From Lingula anatina (Eukaryota > Animalia > Brachiopoda), in contig CM120643.1 in NCBI GenBank assembly GCA_051362555.1, forward strand, positions 18,542,848-18,606,847: a DNA stretch of 64,000 bases, given 5' to 3'. Position 1 is the first letter of the stretch; each line of letters starts with the position of its first letter. Positions 35,301 to 47,604 of the stretch are shown in pieces. The notes beneath the pieces are model-generated. The model was not told where the DNA came from. It saw nothing but the letters and a program-made list of their open reading frames with translations, and made no database searches. Made by a program: the position numbers and the translations under genes.

Positions 35301-37184
35301 TAATACATGAGCAGACCCAAACTGGAAATCTGAGGCTCAGGATAGGAAACAATGGAAAAAGCATGCTGAGGCCTTTGTCCAACAGTGGAACACTATAGGC
35401 TCTAAGTGATGATGATGATGATGATGATGATGAGCAGGCACTGTTGTAGTTAAATTTTTGTTTTTACATACAATTTTATTTTGATTCATGTACATTTACT
35501 GACTGATCTATGAGCAATCTCCCCAAAAATATAGAACATTTTTTGAAAACCTGTGATACCGCTTTTCTCTTTTTTTGATGCATTCTCTTAATGAGTCACC
35601 AACATATACCATGATTATATCTTATATGTACTTGCAGCTATGTTTTATTAACAATAACACATCTTCATATTATCACAACTTGCAGCTAAAGAAGACACCA
35701 ACCGTCCAAAACCAACAGTGATGCAGGAAACAGGAGCAGTAGGGAGAACAGCAAGGCCTAATGTTGCGGCTACAGGGAAGGCAGCTGCAACAGCTCAGCA
35801 GAAAGTCCATGCAATCCCACAATTTCCAATGCCAACTGTGCCTGTTGAAATGCCAGTAGCCAATTTGGGCGGAACGGTACATATTTTGTTAATTTGATGT
35901 AGATTATTTTAGAATGCTGCAGGAACCTAAAAATCAAAATTAAACTATCTCTATTCATGTAGGCTTTAAAATGAGTGTGATTTTAAGAGTTTACTTGTGT
36001 GTTAGGTAGACATGCAATATTTTATTTTTTCAGAGAAATTTATAAGTCCATCATTGAATTGTCTTAATTAAGGTCCCAAACTGTTCTTTACAACAATTAT
36101 AATTGTCAGACCTACATACAGGGATGAGATTTTTTCTCACCATTGGCAGATTTCCAACTTTTTGAGAGGCAAAAATATCATTGGCCTAGAAGGCCCCCTG
36201 TACCCCAAGCTAATTTTTCACTAAATGACAGTTCTTTACATCTCAGCCTGCATTTGAATCAGAGTAAAATTTCAAATTTCAGTCTATAAATCTCATTTTT
36301 CATATTGCAGCACAATATCAGCATATCAAACAGTCACAACATACAAATTGGGGACCAGAATGTGATAAACGTCCCAGCAGATTTTTTTCCTGCCCATGCA
36401 CAACAGCTAATGCAGATGATTGCCAGTCATCAGCAGCAGCCCGCCGCCAACGTGAATGTTCCTCTTATAAGTAAGTATTTTGCCTAATGCAAATCACTGT
36501 AAATAAATATACATTCAACTGAATGATTTATAATCTCTATGAACGTATTTTACAGGCAGAAAGTAAGAAACATAATTTTATACTATGCAATAAATTAAAG
36601 ATAATTATATTTGTCATGTCAGACCCAGACAAAATATTGGGTACCAGTGACTTTATGAAGCTGTCCAGAGCTATTGGGAGGAATTGGAGGGTTCTTGGAA
36701 GAAGTCTTGGTATATTTTAATTTTTCTCTCTTTTTAAGTATGAAGTTTGGTACATATTAAGGATGTTGTACTTTGCAATCTGAATCAATTTATACATCAG
36801 CAGTCACAATAACCAAAATGAAAAAATATAGCACAGCTGTTGAAATACTATTATTGGAACTTGAGTTACAACTTTGGCCATTTTTTTGAACTATTCAAAA
36901 AAGGCTTATTTTACTTAATTTATATTTTAAAAGACATTGATTTGTTAAAATGTTGAATCAGCATTCTAATTTTTAAACAATTTTCTCTCCACCTTTCAGG
37001 ACTCGATGATGCTGAGCTAGATGCCATTCATCATGATACACATGTGGAAGGGATGCAAGAAATGTGCTACCAGATGCTACGGAAGTGGAAGGAAAGACGA
37101 GGCCAGAGTGCCAACTTGAGAAACTTTGCTGCGGCGTGCAATCAAGAACAGAGGTTTGATCTGATATTTTTGATAAACAATTGA
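24224..37184 (+). CDS. RIPK1: Receptor-interacting protein kinase, RIPK1-like architecture (kinase - intermediate domain with RHIM - death domain), 12 coding exons
   Basis: Exons 24224-24411, 29914-30054, 32451-32607, 32890-33038, 33530-33579, 34129-34293, 34552-34634, 35004-35163, 35686-35876, 36311-36470, 36623-36709 and 37000-37184 are phase-consistent. Kinase motifs: IGSGAFGEVYK, VAVK, HLDLKSQNVL, DFG, GGTVTHMPPE, KFDIYGFGILIWE, GQRP, CWHQRPQFRP. RHIM: ISISNSHNIQIGDQNVINV. Death domain: IGRNWRVLGRSLGLDDAELDAI...CYQMLRKWKERRG. Orthology to RIPK1 is inferred from architecture only. Confidence 0.88.
24440..24646 (+). repeat. 5' LTR
   Basis: Direct repeat of 28989-29195, followed by the PBS. 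Confidence 0.97.
24729..28771 (+). pseudogene. Disrupted gag-pol polyprotein of the Gypsy element
   Basis: Single frame with two Cys/His knuckles (CNNCGSKH..C, CFGCGKLNHWRKCC), protease VDTGA, RT (LDARSGYW, LPFGL, IIDD), RNase H (VDASQRG, EREMLA) and integrase (H..HQG..C..C, ADLF, TGNDTQF). It has in-frame stops at 24990-24992 and 28134-28136, and a frameshift near 28340. Confidence 0.93.
28989..29195 (+). repeat. 3' LTR
   Basis: Direct repeat of 24440-24646, preceded by the PPT and followed by the TSD. Confidence 0.97.
29203..29358. mobile_element. Short MITE with 14-bp perfect TIRs
   Basis: AGGCCTGTAGCCAG (29203-29216) and CTGGCTACAGGCCT (29345-29358). No convincing TSD. Confidence 0.75.
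30424..32293. mobile_element. Non-autonomous TIR DNA transposon (~1.87 kb), TA-flanked
   Basis: TA|CGGTAATGTGCCAAGCATTTCGAC ... GTCGAATTGTTTGGCATATTACCG|TA: 24-bp TIRs with 3 mismatches. The interior is more CpG-rich than the host intron, and no transposase is recognisable. Confidence 0.72.
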
Positions 37185-38934
37185 CAATTGTTTCTGAAGA
37201 TAATTAGTTGACAATTATATGATAATTTTAATTTCATGTTTTTACTGGAAGACTTACAAATTACAAAATCACAGGGGAAATGATGTTGTGTTTCCTGGTC
37301 AGAAATCCTTGCGATGAGAATGAAACATTTGTCTTTGCTGTGATATTTATTAGTCCAGGAAAAGGTTATAAAAATTAATATTAGCATGACTGGTATTTTG
37401 AAAAGAAACTTAACATGTTAAATCTGTTTTTCATAGGAGCATATAATTAATGTGTTTTTTAAAAAAGAGTTGCTCTTTAAAAGAATTGAAAGGGAAAACG
37501 TACAACTTTATATAAATTAATTTTCCCTCATAACTTGTACAAATATAGTGAAGAATGTTTTCTGATATAAATTGCTGAATTTTGCTACCACTTTAATACA
37601 AGGGCGTAATTATAGAGAATTTGATATTTGCAATACAGTTTGTATGCAAAAGCATATAGGATAATATTACTTTATTTTTTGCTACAAGCTCTTGTCAATT
37701 TTAACAAAGAATATTATTATGTATGCCAAACATGACTGGGAATCATCATGTCAAACATAGATTCCAATGTTTATGCTACTGTTCTCATTGGCAAGTGGCA
37801 TACATTGTGTTAATTAATGAGGATCATCTGAGATGGCCCAGAGTCTCTTGCCTTAGCGTAAAGTCAAGGGAGATTTTGCACTGTTTTCAGAGAGGGTCAA
37901 GTTAATATGATGACAGACTAGCTACTGCAGTTTAATAAAAGCTTACAATTTATTGATGGATTTTTGTTGTTGTTGTTGTTATTTCCTCTTCAGTTCTGTA
38001 AAATTATAGTTTTTTGCACAACAGTGCAAATTCGGCATGATATTATTACTTTCCAAGACAACATTCCTGGTGCATAGAGTTTCAGCCTTGTCACTAAAAA
38101 GTTAACCCATCTCTCAGTATTCTCTGATATTTTCGGGTCTGATATCATCTCACAGATCCCATTGATGTGCAATGTACATGTGAATAATATTTGCTGTATA
38201 AATGAACATGTATCTATACTTTGTAACATTCAAAGTTGAAGTTATATCTATTTCTATTTTGTATAAAATATGAGTGGTTGCCATTGTAATTACATGTGTT
38301 GCACTGAATTATTCTGAATCATATATGCCACATTAAAATCAAAATTAATATGATAGTATAAGGGTAGTAAGCAGTGCCATTTTTTTTTCAAATGTGAAAG
38401 ATATTTGTTTACTTAAATGTATCTGCAGGTTATATTAAATTATTAGTGCTGTGTAGAATATTTTCCATGCTCTTTAATTGAATATGGCATGTATTGTTTT
38501 AAATTTATTGTCATTTCAAATAAAATATTTATGTTGGGGATTGTGTAAACGAACAGAGTTGAAGTTATGTATTATGATTTTTCACAATTGTTTATTTCTT
38601 ACAAAACATACCTTAACGATAAATCATTATCGTAAAAATATTTTCAACTTAAACTTTCTTCTTGTTATCATTAATAAAATTATATCGTTGTTATTTTAAA
38701 AAATATCTTTGGCACATAAAAGCTTTGAATGTGTATACATATGGGTTCATATTTGCTTCTTAATCTTTTTCTTAGTGCTTAAAAACTAACATTTATGAGA
38801 GGCTGACCAGGTATATCTTTCATAATGGAACTTTGGCACAAACTTAATTTTCAGGAATGTTCCTCTCTTGTATAACATATGTTAAGTCCAATTATGTACT
38901 GCGTTTGGTGTTTAGTTCACAGGTATTAGAATTT

Positions 38935-40170
38935 CTAGTAGGTCAGCTGACGTATCACATCTGTAATCCAGTCAATGTAGGATGAGACTCGCGTGTACAC
39001 ACTAGGCTGTCCTTGGCAACCCTGTGGCCCCCATGACGTCACTCCAGCGAGAGTATAACGAGAACCAACTTTGCAAACCAATGGTCCTCCGGAATCGCCC
39101 TATTAGATTAAAAAAGGACATCTTTGAGTGGCTTAAATTGTGCTATTATAAAAAAAACTTAAATGGGTTTCATAAATCTGGCCTGGACTGTTGTTAATTG
39201 GTAACAAAGTTTGAAATTGTTGGAAGATGCTGCAGAAAAATGTTAGTACATATCGGATATTTCATCCTCCGAATAATTTTCCAACATTAGGCATCGTTTG
39301 CTGCAGATGGTAATATGAAAAGCTTTAGTCCCAAAATGTGAATTATTATTTAAATTATTTCTTATTTTATTTGTTTATGCAATGATTTAAATTACTAGTA
39401 CTTATTAGCACTTACATGGCATGCACTCTGGTAGCCATATCCAATACAGATATGTGTGTCAAAGATCCTGTTGGCGCTCCATTCTCTCACACATTCCGCC
39501 TTGGTGCGGACTTCCATACGCACTTCGTTCAAAACATCGGGGTCTCCGGTACCTGAAAAAAAGAATGACATATCTTGCAATGTTCGTGTTCTTTAGTTTT
39601 AATTTGAATAAATGAATTTATTTCACTACCAATGCCTTAATTGGTTGTTGGGAAACAACTGTTATAAATAGTAAAGAAAAACGTGAAGGAAGTCAATAAC
39701 CCTCTGATACCTCCCACTCCTGTCATACAGACAACAGGAAATATAGTTTTACACAGAATAAAGGGCCTTTGAATATCAATACAACCACTTTGATGTCATT
39801 AAGTCTTATTTTATTTAATGAAGCAATCGACTTTGTAATGTGTTGTTCTGTTTCGCAGAATCCAAAAAAAACGGGGCATCCCTCCAAAACAAACGGCGAA
39901 ACCGGATACGTCACACCTTGCTAATTTATGTGATAGTTACCTAATGTAGCTCCCCATCCTGTGATGAAACAATTAGGATTCCTGTGGAAACACTGATTTT
40001 TGGACGCCAGACATGCGGTTTGGATGTAGGTACCAAGCGGCACATCCGAGTCCAGTTCTAACAGAGCGATGTCATTGCGTGCACCGCCGTAATAATAGAA
40101 CTGCGGATGCTGAAATCGAAATGGAAAAATTTCAAAACGAAATACTGTGATACAGGCGAGAGCAGATTGT

Positions 40171-40201
<31 letters not shown>

Positions 40202-43200
40202 GGGGGGGGTTGTAAGAAGGTTCGTATCATTACATCTGACTCCACTTCCAAAAAAGCGAATTGTACATTTGAGATACTTAAGCGACTTTCATACTGTCAG
40301 TGGATAACATCTCCAGATATTGAAAATAGTAACATTTATTGAAAGCATTCTCTCATACAACCAGGCTAAATTAAAACAAAACCGCACCGTTTGCCGACTT
40401 TGTAATAAATTTGTAGAAAAAATACATTCAGTCCGAAATCAAAATAGTATAAATATTCAGAATATAATGATACAGGCAAGTCCAGATGGACGCTAGATGA
40501 GGGCACCTCAATTTTAAATAATTTTCAACTATTATGCCATAATTTACCTAAATTTGTCGTGACAGATTGTAGATATTGAACTTACCTTAATAATGCGTAT
40601 TACTCGACGTATCTCTTCTTTGCCCGAGTCCTGACTGATGCGATGTTCCCCAAGGACCACTCGCCAGTTGACTGGGTTATCAAAGCCGGGTCTGTTGGAG
40701 AAATATGTAAGCGGTTTCTGAATTTGTAGTGTCTTAAAAAGTTTCATTTATCCATATTTATATTTGGATCTGGGTAAATGATTGATTTGATGATTACCCT
40801 TAACATCGGTAATATTTTTGTAATATTCTTTTTTCATTATTCTACCCTAATAGACTTTAAATAATCTGCCACAACACGCATAAAAATACAGAACTTTGAG
40901 GTTAAAGTGATTCCACGGTTTGAGATTTTTGTTGTAACTCTATTTAAAAAGCAAATAAAATCTATAACAGAAGCAATAGGCACGTATGACAGAGGAGAGT
41001 CATCTCAACTTACTGATACACACAATGCGCCGCCGTCAAGATCCACTTCGGGGTTATCAGCGTACCGCCACACTGGTGCTTCCACCGAATCTCCTCCCCG
41101 TATCCACTGTAGCCCTCTTTAAGCTGAAGGGACGCCTGCCAGGGCCACGTGTTGGGTCTGGCCTCCCGCCCCCAGATGATAGGCTGGGGCCGGCTGTTGT
41201 TGGTGGACGGCTGTACTTGAAGGTTGTTGTTTTGGAGGTAAGGATAACCACATGTGCCTATTGGAGAAATAACCATAGTTGACCTGACTTGACACGTGGA
41301 GTTTTTTATTGTGACCAGTGTTGCAGGGTTATATATTCTAATTTTACCAGCGTAGCAATGCTGTGATATTACTGTATACAGTGGATGTAGATATGTTTGT
41401 TAAACGTTCAGGAGTGGGTGTTTGTCTCTAAAACATATGAACTCGTTTGTTGACAAAAATTTAACTGCTCACAGTGTAACTTTCTTGCGTTATTTGATGT
41501 ATAGTTCTTAAAGTAGATGCGATCAATGCCTCAATTGTACTCGATTTTTACATTGCACTTTAACTATCCTGTTTCCCCTTTTCCATTAGGTAAGTGCTGT
41601 TATACTTACACTTTCCACGTCTCCCGAGCTGCAAACAAAACCCGTCCGGGTCGCTGCACTTTCCTCCTGGCTGCGGTGTCTCGTTGTCTTCTTCCTCACA
41701 CTTGCACGCCTTGGCGCAGTTCACCAACATCCAGCCTGGGTTGGTCTCGCACTGGTTATCCATGGCCCACCATTTACAATCCTTGTCACTTCCGTAGGTG
41801 TTTTTACATGTTCCTTTACGGCAGCCATCTTTGCTGCAGGCGTCCGTGTCCTTCTGGACGCATTTGGGGTTGCAGGCCTTGTGGCAGTTTTCCAACATCC
41901 AGTTAGGATTGTTGTCGCATTCTCCACGATTTGCCCAGCGAGAACACTGAGCGTCGTCGCCATAATCGTTCACGCACGCCTTGTCACTACCACAGTCCTC
42001 TGGTTTGCAGGCTTTACGGCAGTTTTGTAACATCCAACTCGGGTTTGCCTCGCATTCTCCTCTTCGAGCCCAGTATTCGCATTCTTGGTCGTTTGGGTGC
42101 TTGTTCTCGGCACAGTCACCGCTGTCGGTTTTGCCTTGGTCGGTATTGCCGCCGTTGTTTGACCCACCGCCGCCACCGCCCGTACACACTTTGCACGATT
42201 TCTTGCAGTGTTCAAGCATAAAACTTGGATTGACTCTACACTGATCTGTTCTTGCCCACGACTCGCATTTGCTATCGGGATAGGTGTTGCGACAGTTGGA
42301 TGATTCCACTGAAAGATAAAAATAATGTATTCGTGTACCGTTATAAAAACGTGTAATGTTCCCTGGCATTTAGGCCGTTGGCTTGCCACTTATTTAATCT
42401 ACATGATTGTTAAATGTCATTTATAACCATTCTAGGAATTCCTTTCTCACGCATTTCTTATAGCAGATATCTAGAGAATGGAAATTATTAAATCATTGTT
42501 AAATCATTGTTAAATCAATGTTGCATTCACTCGTGCAATGTACCACAAAACTTGCAAATCTTTTACTGTGCATTGCTCACACATACTGGTCATTCGAACG
42601 CAGTTGGTTTCCTTGATTTGATAGTCGCGACAGAAACAAATTTCGATTTTTCTATTTTTTCAAAAATGTAGCAGTAAAAGCTACCTCTGGTCTGGCGTGT
42701 TGTAGTTCTCGGCGGAGCACGTGTAGTCGCACGTGTCGTCGCGCGTGCAGTAGCACGTGTCGTCGCACGTGCAGTTGCACGTGTCGGTCTCGGTGGGCGT
42801 GTCCTAGGTGCAACGACTGTTGTCTTTCTGGGTGGTTGTGTATTAGTCCCAGGCCTGCTTCTTGGCTTTAGGTCGTCCAGGGTCATTCCTGTACGAAAAA
42901 GGTCACCTTTATTTATTGTAAATAGGCTGGATCAGGGGGGCTACTAATTAATGCAGACAATTATGTAATTGAAAAGAATTGATGGGTGAAAAAGGCGTGA
43001 AACGTTTTCGCAGAAAGAAATCAAGTAAAAAAAGATCAAATGGAAACAAAAATGTAAAAGACAAGATAAAGCATTTTAAAAATCTACCAACATTTGTGTT
43101 GGGAAATAATTTTCAGGGAGAAGGAAATGGTAACAGCCTTCATTAAACAAGAAAAATGCACCCGTTCCCAACTTCATAAATCCATCCCATACCTGGCTGA

Positions 43201-43871
43201 AGAGCTAGCCTTTGCAGATACTCCAATTCAGTGAGACTAGCCGGAGCAGGGCTTCTTACAGAGGCTCCCTCTCGCGGTGGGCCTGCCGCGACACTGGGCG
43301 CCCCAGCGCTACGGTAGAAACCGGCTGGTCCCTTCAGAGTAAGACCAGGAGGACCAGACTGTCGGTGCCCCGGGGGTGCAGCTTGGGCATGCTCCGTGGA
43401 TCCGGCGCGTGCGTGAACAGGGGGTCCTCTGAACCGCAAACCGTGTCTACCTCTGCTTAAATGCCGGGATCCCCGTTCACCGTGCCCTCTACGCCGATGA
43501 TGGTGTCTTCGTCTAGGTTGGGGAGTTGTCGCGTTATCATCATCTTCTCCCCCAAATCTTGGCTGAGTCCCAGGTGGTGAGGGACCACGATCCTGGGTAC
43601 GGACCCCTGGTGGCCCCACCGGGGCGGGGCTTGGCGGGTGCGCTGGCTTTAGGAGAAGAAAACTAGGCATCGGACTTGGCGGTTCGGCTAGCATTAGGCT
43701 CTGGGGTCCGATGGGGATGCCGTTGTCGTCGACGGAGAAGGTTGGGAGAGTTGGAGGTGGCTGAAAGAGGATCCGCCCCTGAGGACCCAATAGACGACTC
43801 TCCTGTTCGGCACCGGTGATTGGGTCACTAAGGATCAGACATAATACCTAAAAATCAAATAGAAATATTTG

Positions 43872-43922
<51 letters not shown>

Positions 43923-44016
43923 TTTATTCTTGCAATTACAAGTTGGAATGTACATATTCGTTATGAAAGAGTGATAAATTTTTAAAACCCAATCTAATGA
44001 ATTTCCTTAAGCATCC

Positions 44017-44057
<41 letters not shown>

Positions 44058-47000
44058 GGAGGAGGATTTTTATAATTATTTACAATTCTTCCATAATTGT
44101 ACACAGTTAAGGTTGACTATTGTAGGAAGTTATGTTTTTGGGTGTTGTAATTACAACATAGGAGGAATCGAATCGAGGAAGTGGGATTCTATCACCTTCC
44201 GACTTATTATCACTTCAGTTGACAAAAGCCAAACGCAGGCATGAATCTCTAAAACTTTATCTATGAGGGGCGTTGATGACGCGCATTAATCAAACAATGA
44301 CCAACTACATGTACAAATGGTGTCTCTATAAGTTTAATTTTTTGGTAAACACAAAAAATTGGGCTTGGACATGCCAAGTATTTTAAATAATAATGAAATA
44401 AAAAAAAATTACATTTGCCACCCATTTTCGTCAGTCACACAAGTTAATTTCCATGGGGGGAAGGCATTATCGATGACAAACACTAATCTTAAACGTGTTA
44501 GATTTAACACTAAACATGACCTATGTCACGACAGCGACATGCTGCTATCCTCTGATACTTATAGACGTGTACACCAGATTCAAGACAGGATATGTGTCAC
44601 AAAATATTTGTCTAATTCTTTAATCAATTTGACCTTTACGGCTGAAACTGTTTGACGACTCTCTTGTAGTCGTCCACATTCTTCCCACCTCTACCCAGCT
44701 CCACTAAAAAAGAATAAACACTGAGCTGTTGCCAACTTTTCTTAAAATATTGCTAGCCCCTATCTCTCTCTTGAGCTACCCCCTCCCCCCTAAAAAGCTT
44801 TCCTCTTCTACTCCATTTAAAATCTACAAATATCTTTTGTTACACAATAAATAATAAATTTAAAATTTGGGTTTTCTTAGAATTGTTTGAAATAAAGCTG
44901 TTTTTTAATCTTTTAATTCCTGTTCAAAATCCGTTCCACAACAAGGCTTTTAAGAAAAAAAAACGCATTCTGTCGTATTCTTCAAATCCTTAAATACCGT
45001 TATCGCATCTTGTATCTGATTGTTGGGAAACAAACTGGCTTTGACGTTTTTCGTATTCGATTACAGTGATACACTCCTAGCTGAAATGGAAATGGACTTG
45101 TCCCGGTATTAACTTGTCTTTCTTTTTCATAAAATGTCTAACACATCGTCCACCAGAGAGCTTTGTATGTTTTGGTGGCACAATTTCCAATATAGCAATT
45201 ACTTGCCCCGGTATTAACTTGTCTTTCTTTTTCATAAAATGTTTAACACATCGTCCACCAGAGCGCTTTGTATGTTTTGGTGGCACAATTTCCATTATAG
45301 CCGGTACTTTTCTCGCTATGACCTGCCAGGCTATGCGATCCCATGTGGTTCTAAATTGTTTGATTTAATTTTGCTATTCAGTTAAACAAAACAGAGAAAC
45401 TATATCGCGTGTGAGTTGGTAAGTCTACGAACCCTTGTTAATGAACTCCACCACCATTTCGTTTTATGACTAAATTGTACGTTTTGGTGTGGGAGTCTTA
45501 TTTGGCTACGTCTTGCCCAGTGTTTGGGACAGGGTCAATGATTACAATATTACCCACCGAGTATAACGCCCAGTACGCGCTGTTTGTTTGCATGTCCGAA
45601 TTCTTTATCTCTGAATGCGTCACGTCTTCGACGTGCGTTCGTTCAGTGCGTTAGCCGAATGCTTAAACAATCTTGACCCTGGTTTGGAATGATAAGGAAG
45701 TTTGTGTCGTCAAGTGCTTTTTCACTGCCCACCGCCAACTAGTAGACCTTACCGGTACTTCCGTTTATTTTATTTTTTTAATTATTAAACCTTCTTAGAC
45801 AATCTTAGGTTTTCTACATGATTGTATTTTTCTTTATATATATATAATATATAATGTTTATATATATATATATATATAATGTTCAAAATTGTTCTTGTGA
45901 CTTTGTTGAAATTCAATAGCAAACTAACAAAAAATTCTTATTGAACGTTGTACTTGAATTTATCCTACAAAGTTAATATCTGTGTCGCAATTCGTTATTA
46001 AAGAAAACCCTAGTCTTGATAGAAAATTTGAACTAATACCCGAACATTATTTCACAGGAAATAAGGCTAAATAAAGGGGAACCCACTTGGTGACAGTAAG
46101 ATTGATGACACCGGATTTAATCAAGTACCGGATCTTCACAGCCAACTCCGGGCATAACACAGTGAAAGACCATTGGAAAATACACAGGGGTTAAAATATC
46201 TTTTATTTGTTTTGGCCTCTTCTGTGCCTACAAAACCACTATTTGAAATGAAAACAAAGAATTTGCCATGTCTTTTTTTTCTTACACCTCAGGTAACCCT
46301 GTGATTTGACTTACGTTCCTTGACTTTCGGAAGAGAGATTTGGTGCATTTTTTTCCTGTCTCCTGTCGCGAGATACAATAATGAATACATTTCCATACAT
46401 GTGCTTGCTGTTTAAGTTAAACCAAGCTAATCAATTATTATTTTACGTTTATGACATTAACGGCAGTTGCGATATCCAAGAAGTTGTCTTTTTTTAATGA
46501 AAATGGATAAATATTATGTTTGCAATTAAGTAATTAATTAATTAAGTACACTGCGCGATCAGTGTGGTTTAAGTATGGCGTTTTCAAACCACTAATTTGA
46601 GATGGTGAGGAAATGATTCATCGCATGGAAAGCTTAAAATGATTTAAAAAGTAACTCCTACTCCTGCTTACACTAAACCCATATATGATTTAACGTTTTT
46701 CCAATATTTCTGAGTCTACAATTTATGACAATGAGGTCAACATCTCTTTGGATTTGTTGTTGTGCTTTTAATCAAATAAGCATCCGCGTGACTTAAATGA
46801 GGTCGTGGGCCCATTTATAGCAGGTTGGCAAAAGTGTTACGTTATTATTTTTCGGTCTGTTTATTGCATTTAGTTTATTGGACCTGACAGGACATGTGGT
46901 TCTACTCTAAACTATTTTAAAACATTTGGTTCTCTGTTTTTATTCCTATACACGGGCAACTTTATACTGTATAGTAGTAGTATAGTTTATTGCCGAATCA

Positions 47001-47272
47001 ACTTGACATAGGCATATTACCAGAAAAACAAACAAACTGTATGTATAGACCCGTGATAATGAGGCAAATTGCTGATCGTTATCCCACTATAAATGGTACT
47101 GTGCTACCTTATAAACGAATCTTTATACACCTCATTTTCATTCTTCGGCTTTCTTTTGGTTTTGACCCCATAAAGAGTTAGATCATCCACCGAGGCTATA
47201 TTACTCCTATTACTGGAGCGAGGCATAATTTACCTGTCGTTAATATTAGGTTATACGCTATAGAATTTACAG

Positions 47273-47314
<42 letters not shown>

Positions 47315-47416
47315 GCTGCCTCTCTTTCTCTCTCCAGTACCTCAAAAATATATAATTACATGTAGATGACACATGGGTAGAAACTCTGTACTTACAACAC
47401 TGCAAAGCCCAATCAT
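38935..47416 (-). CDS. Secreted multidomain S1A serine protease: signal peptide, Pro-rich region, Thr/Arg-rich mucin-like tract, 4 ShKT domains, chymotrypsin-fold domain; 9 exons
   Basis: Exons 47416-47396, 43847-43193, 42888-42685, 42308-41610, 41257-41014, 40691-40586, 40109-39941, 39552-39416 and 39099-38935 are phase-consistent. Signal MIGLCSV|[13 protein letters not shown]. ShKT pattern C..C..WA..G.C..NP.WM..NC.K.C..C occurs four times. Catalytic motifs: [47 protein letters not shown]. The link to exon 1 is the least certain part. Confidence 0.9.
43873..43920. repeat. (AAT)n microsatellite (others at ~44018-44055 and ~58488-58527)
   Basis: Directly visible. Confidence 0.95.
45096..45302. 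repeat. 105-bp tandem duplication in protease intron 1
   Basis: ACTTG(T/C)CCCGGTATTAACTTGTCTTTC starts at 45096 and 45201. Confidence 0.9.
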
Positions 47417-47597
47417 CTTTAACCGGGAAAAGGCTTAATTCTATCACAGGCGTCTCCTTCACTGAAAACGAATGAAAGTACTTCAACCGTGCCAGCCGCT
47501 TTGTATCAGCAGTTTCTGTGACCTGTCTTGTTTCTGTTTCTGTGTTCGTCTCGAATGTCTCAAGAAGTGTTTAATGCTTGAACGCGATACCGCGTGT

Positions 47598-47604
47598 TTT
47601 TATA
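47598..47604 (-). promoter_or_regulatory. TATA box of the ShKT protease gene
   Basis: Minus-strand cgcTATAAAAacacgcg in a CpG-rich context, ~180 bp upstream of the inferred ATG (47416). Confidence 0.55.

Noticed and set aside
45235-45295. Minus-strand [16 protein letters not shown] resembling the fibrinogen-domain NCA...WW...C motif
   Set aside because: Followed immediately by a stop, with no other fibrinogen-domain motifs nearby.
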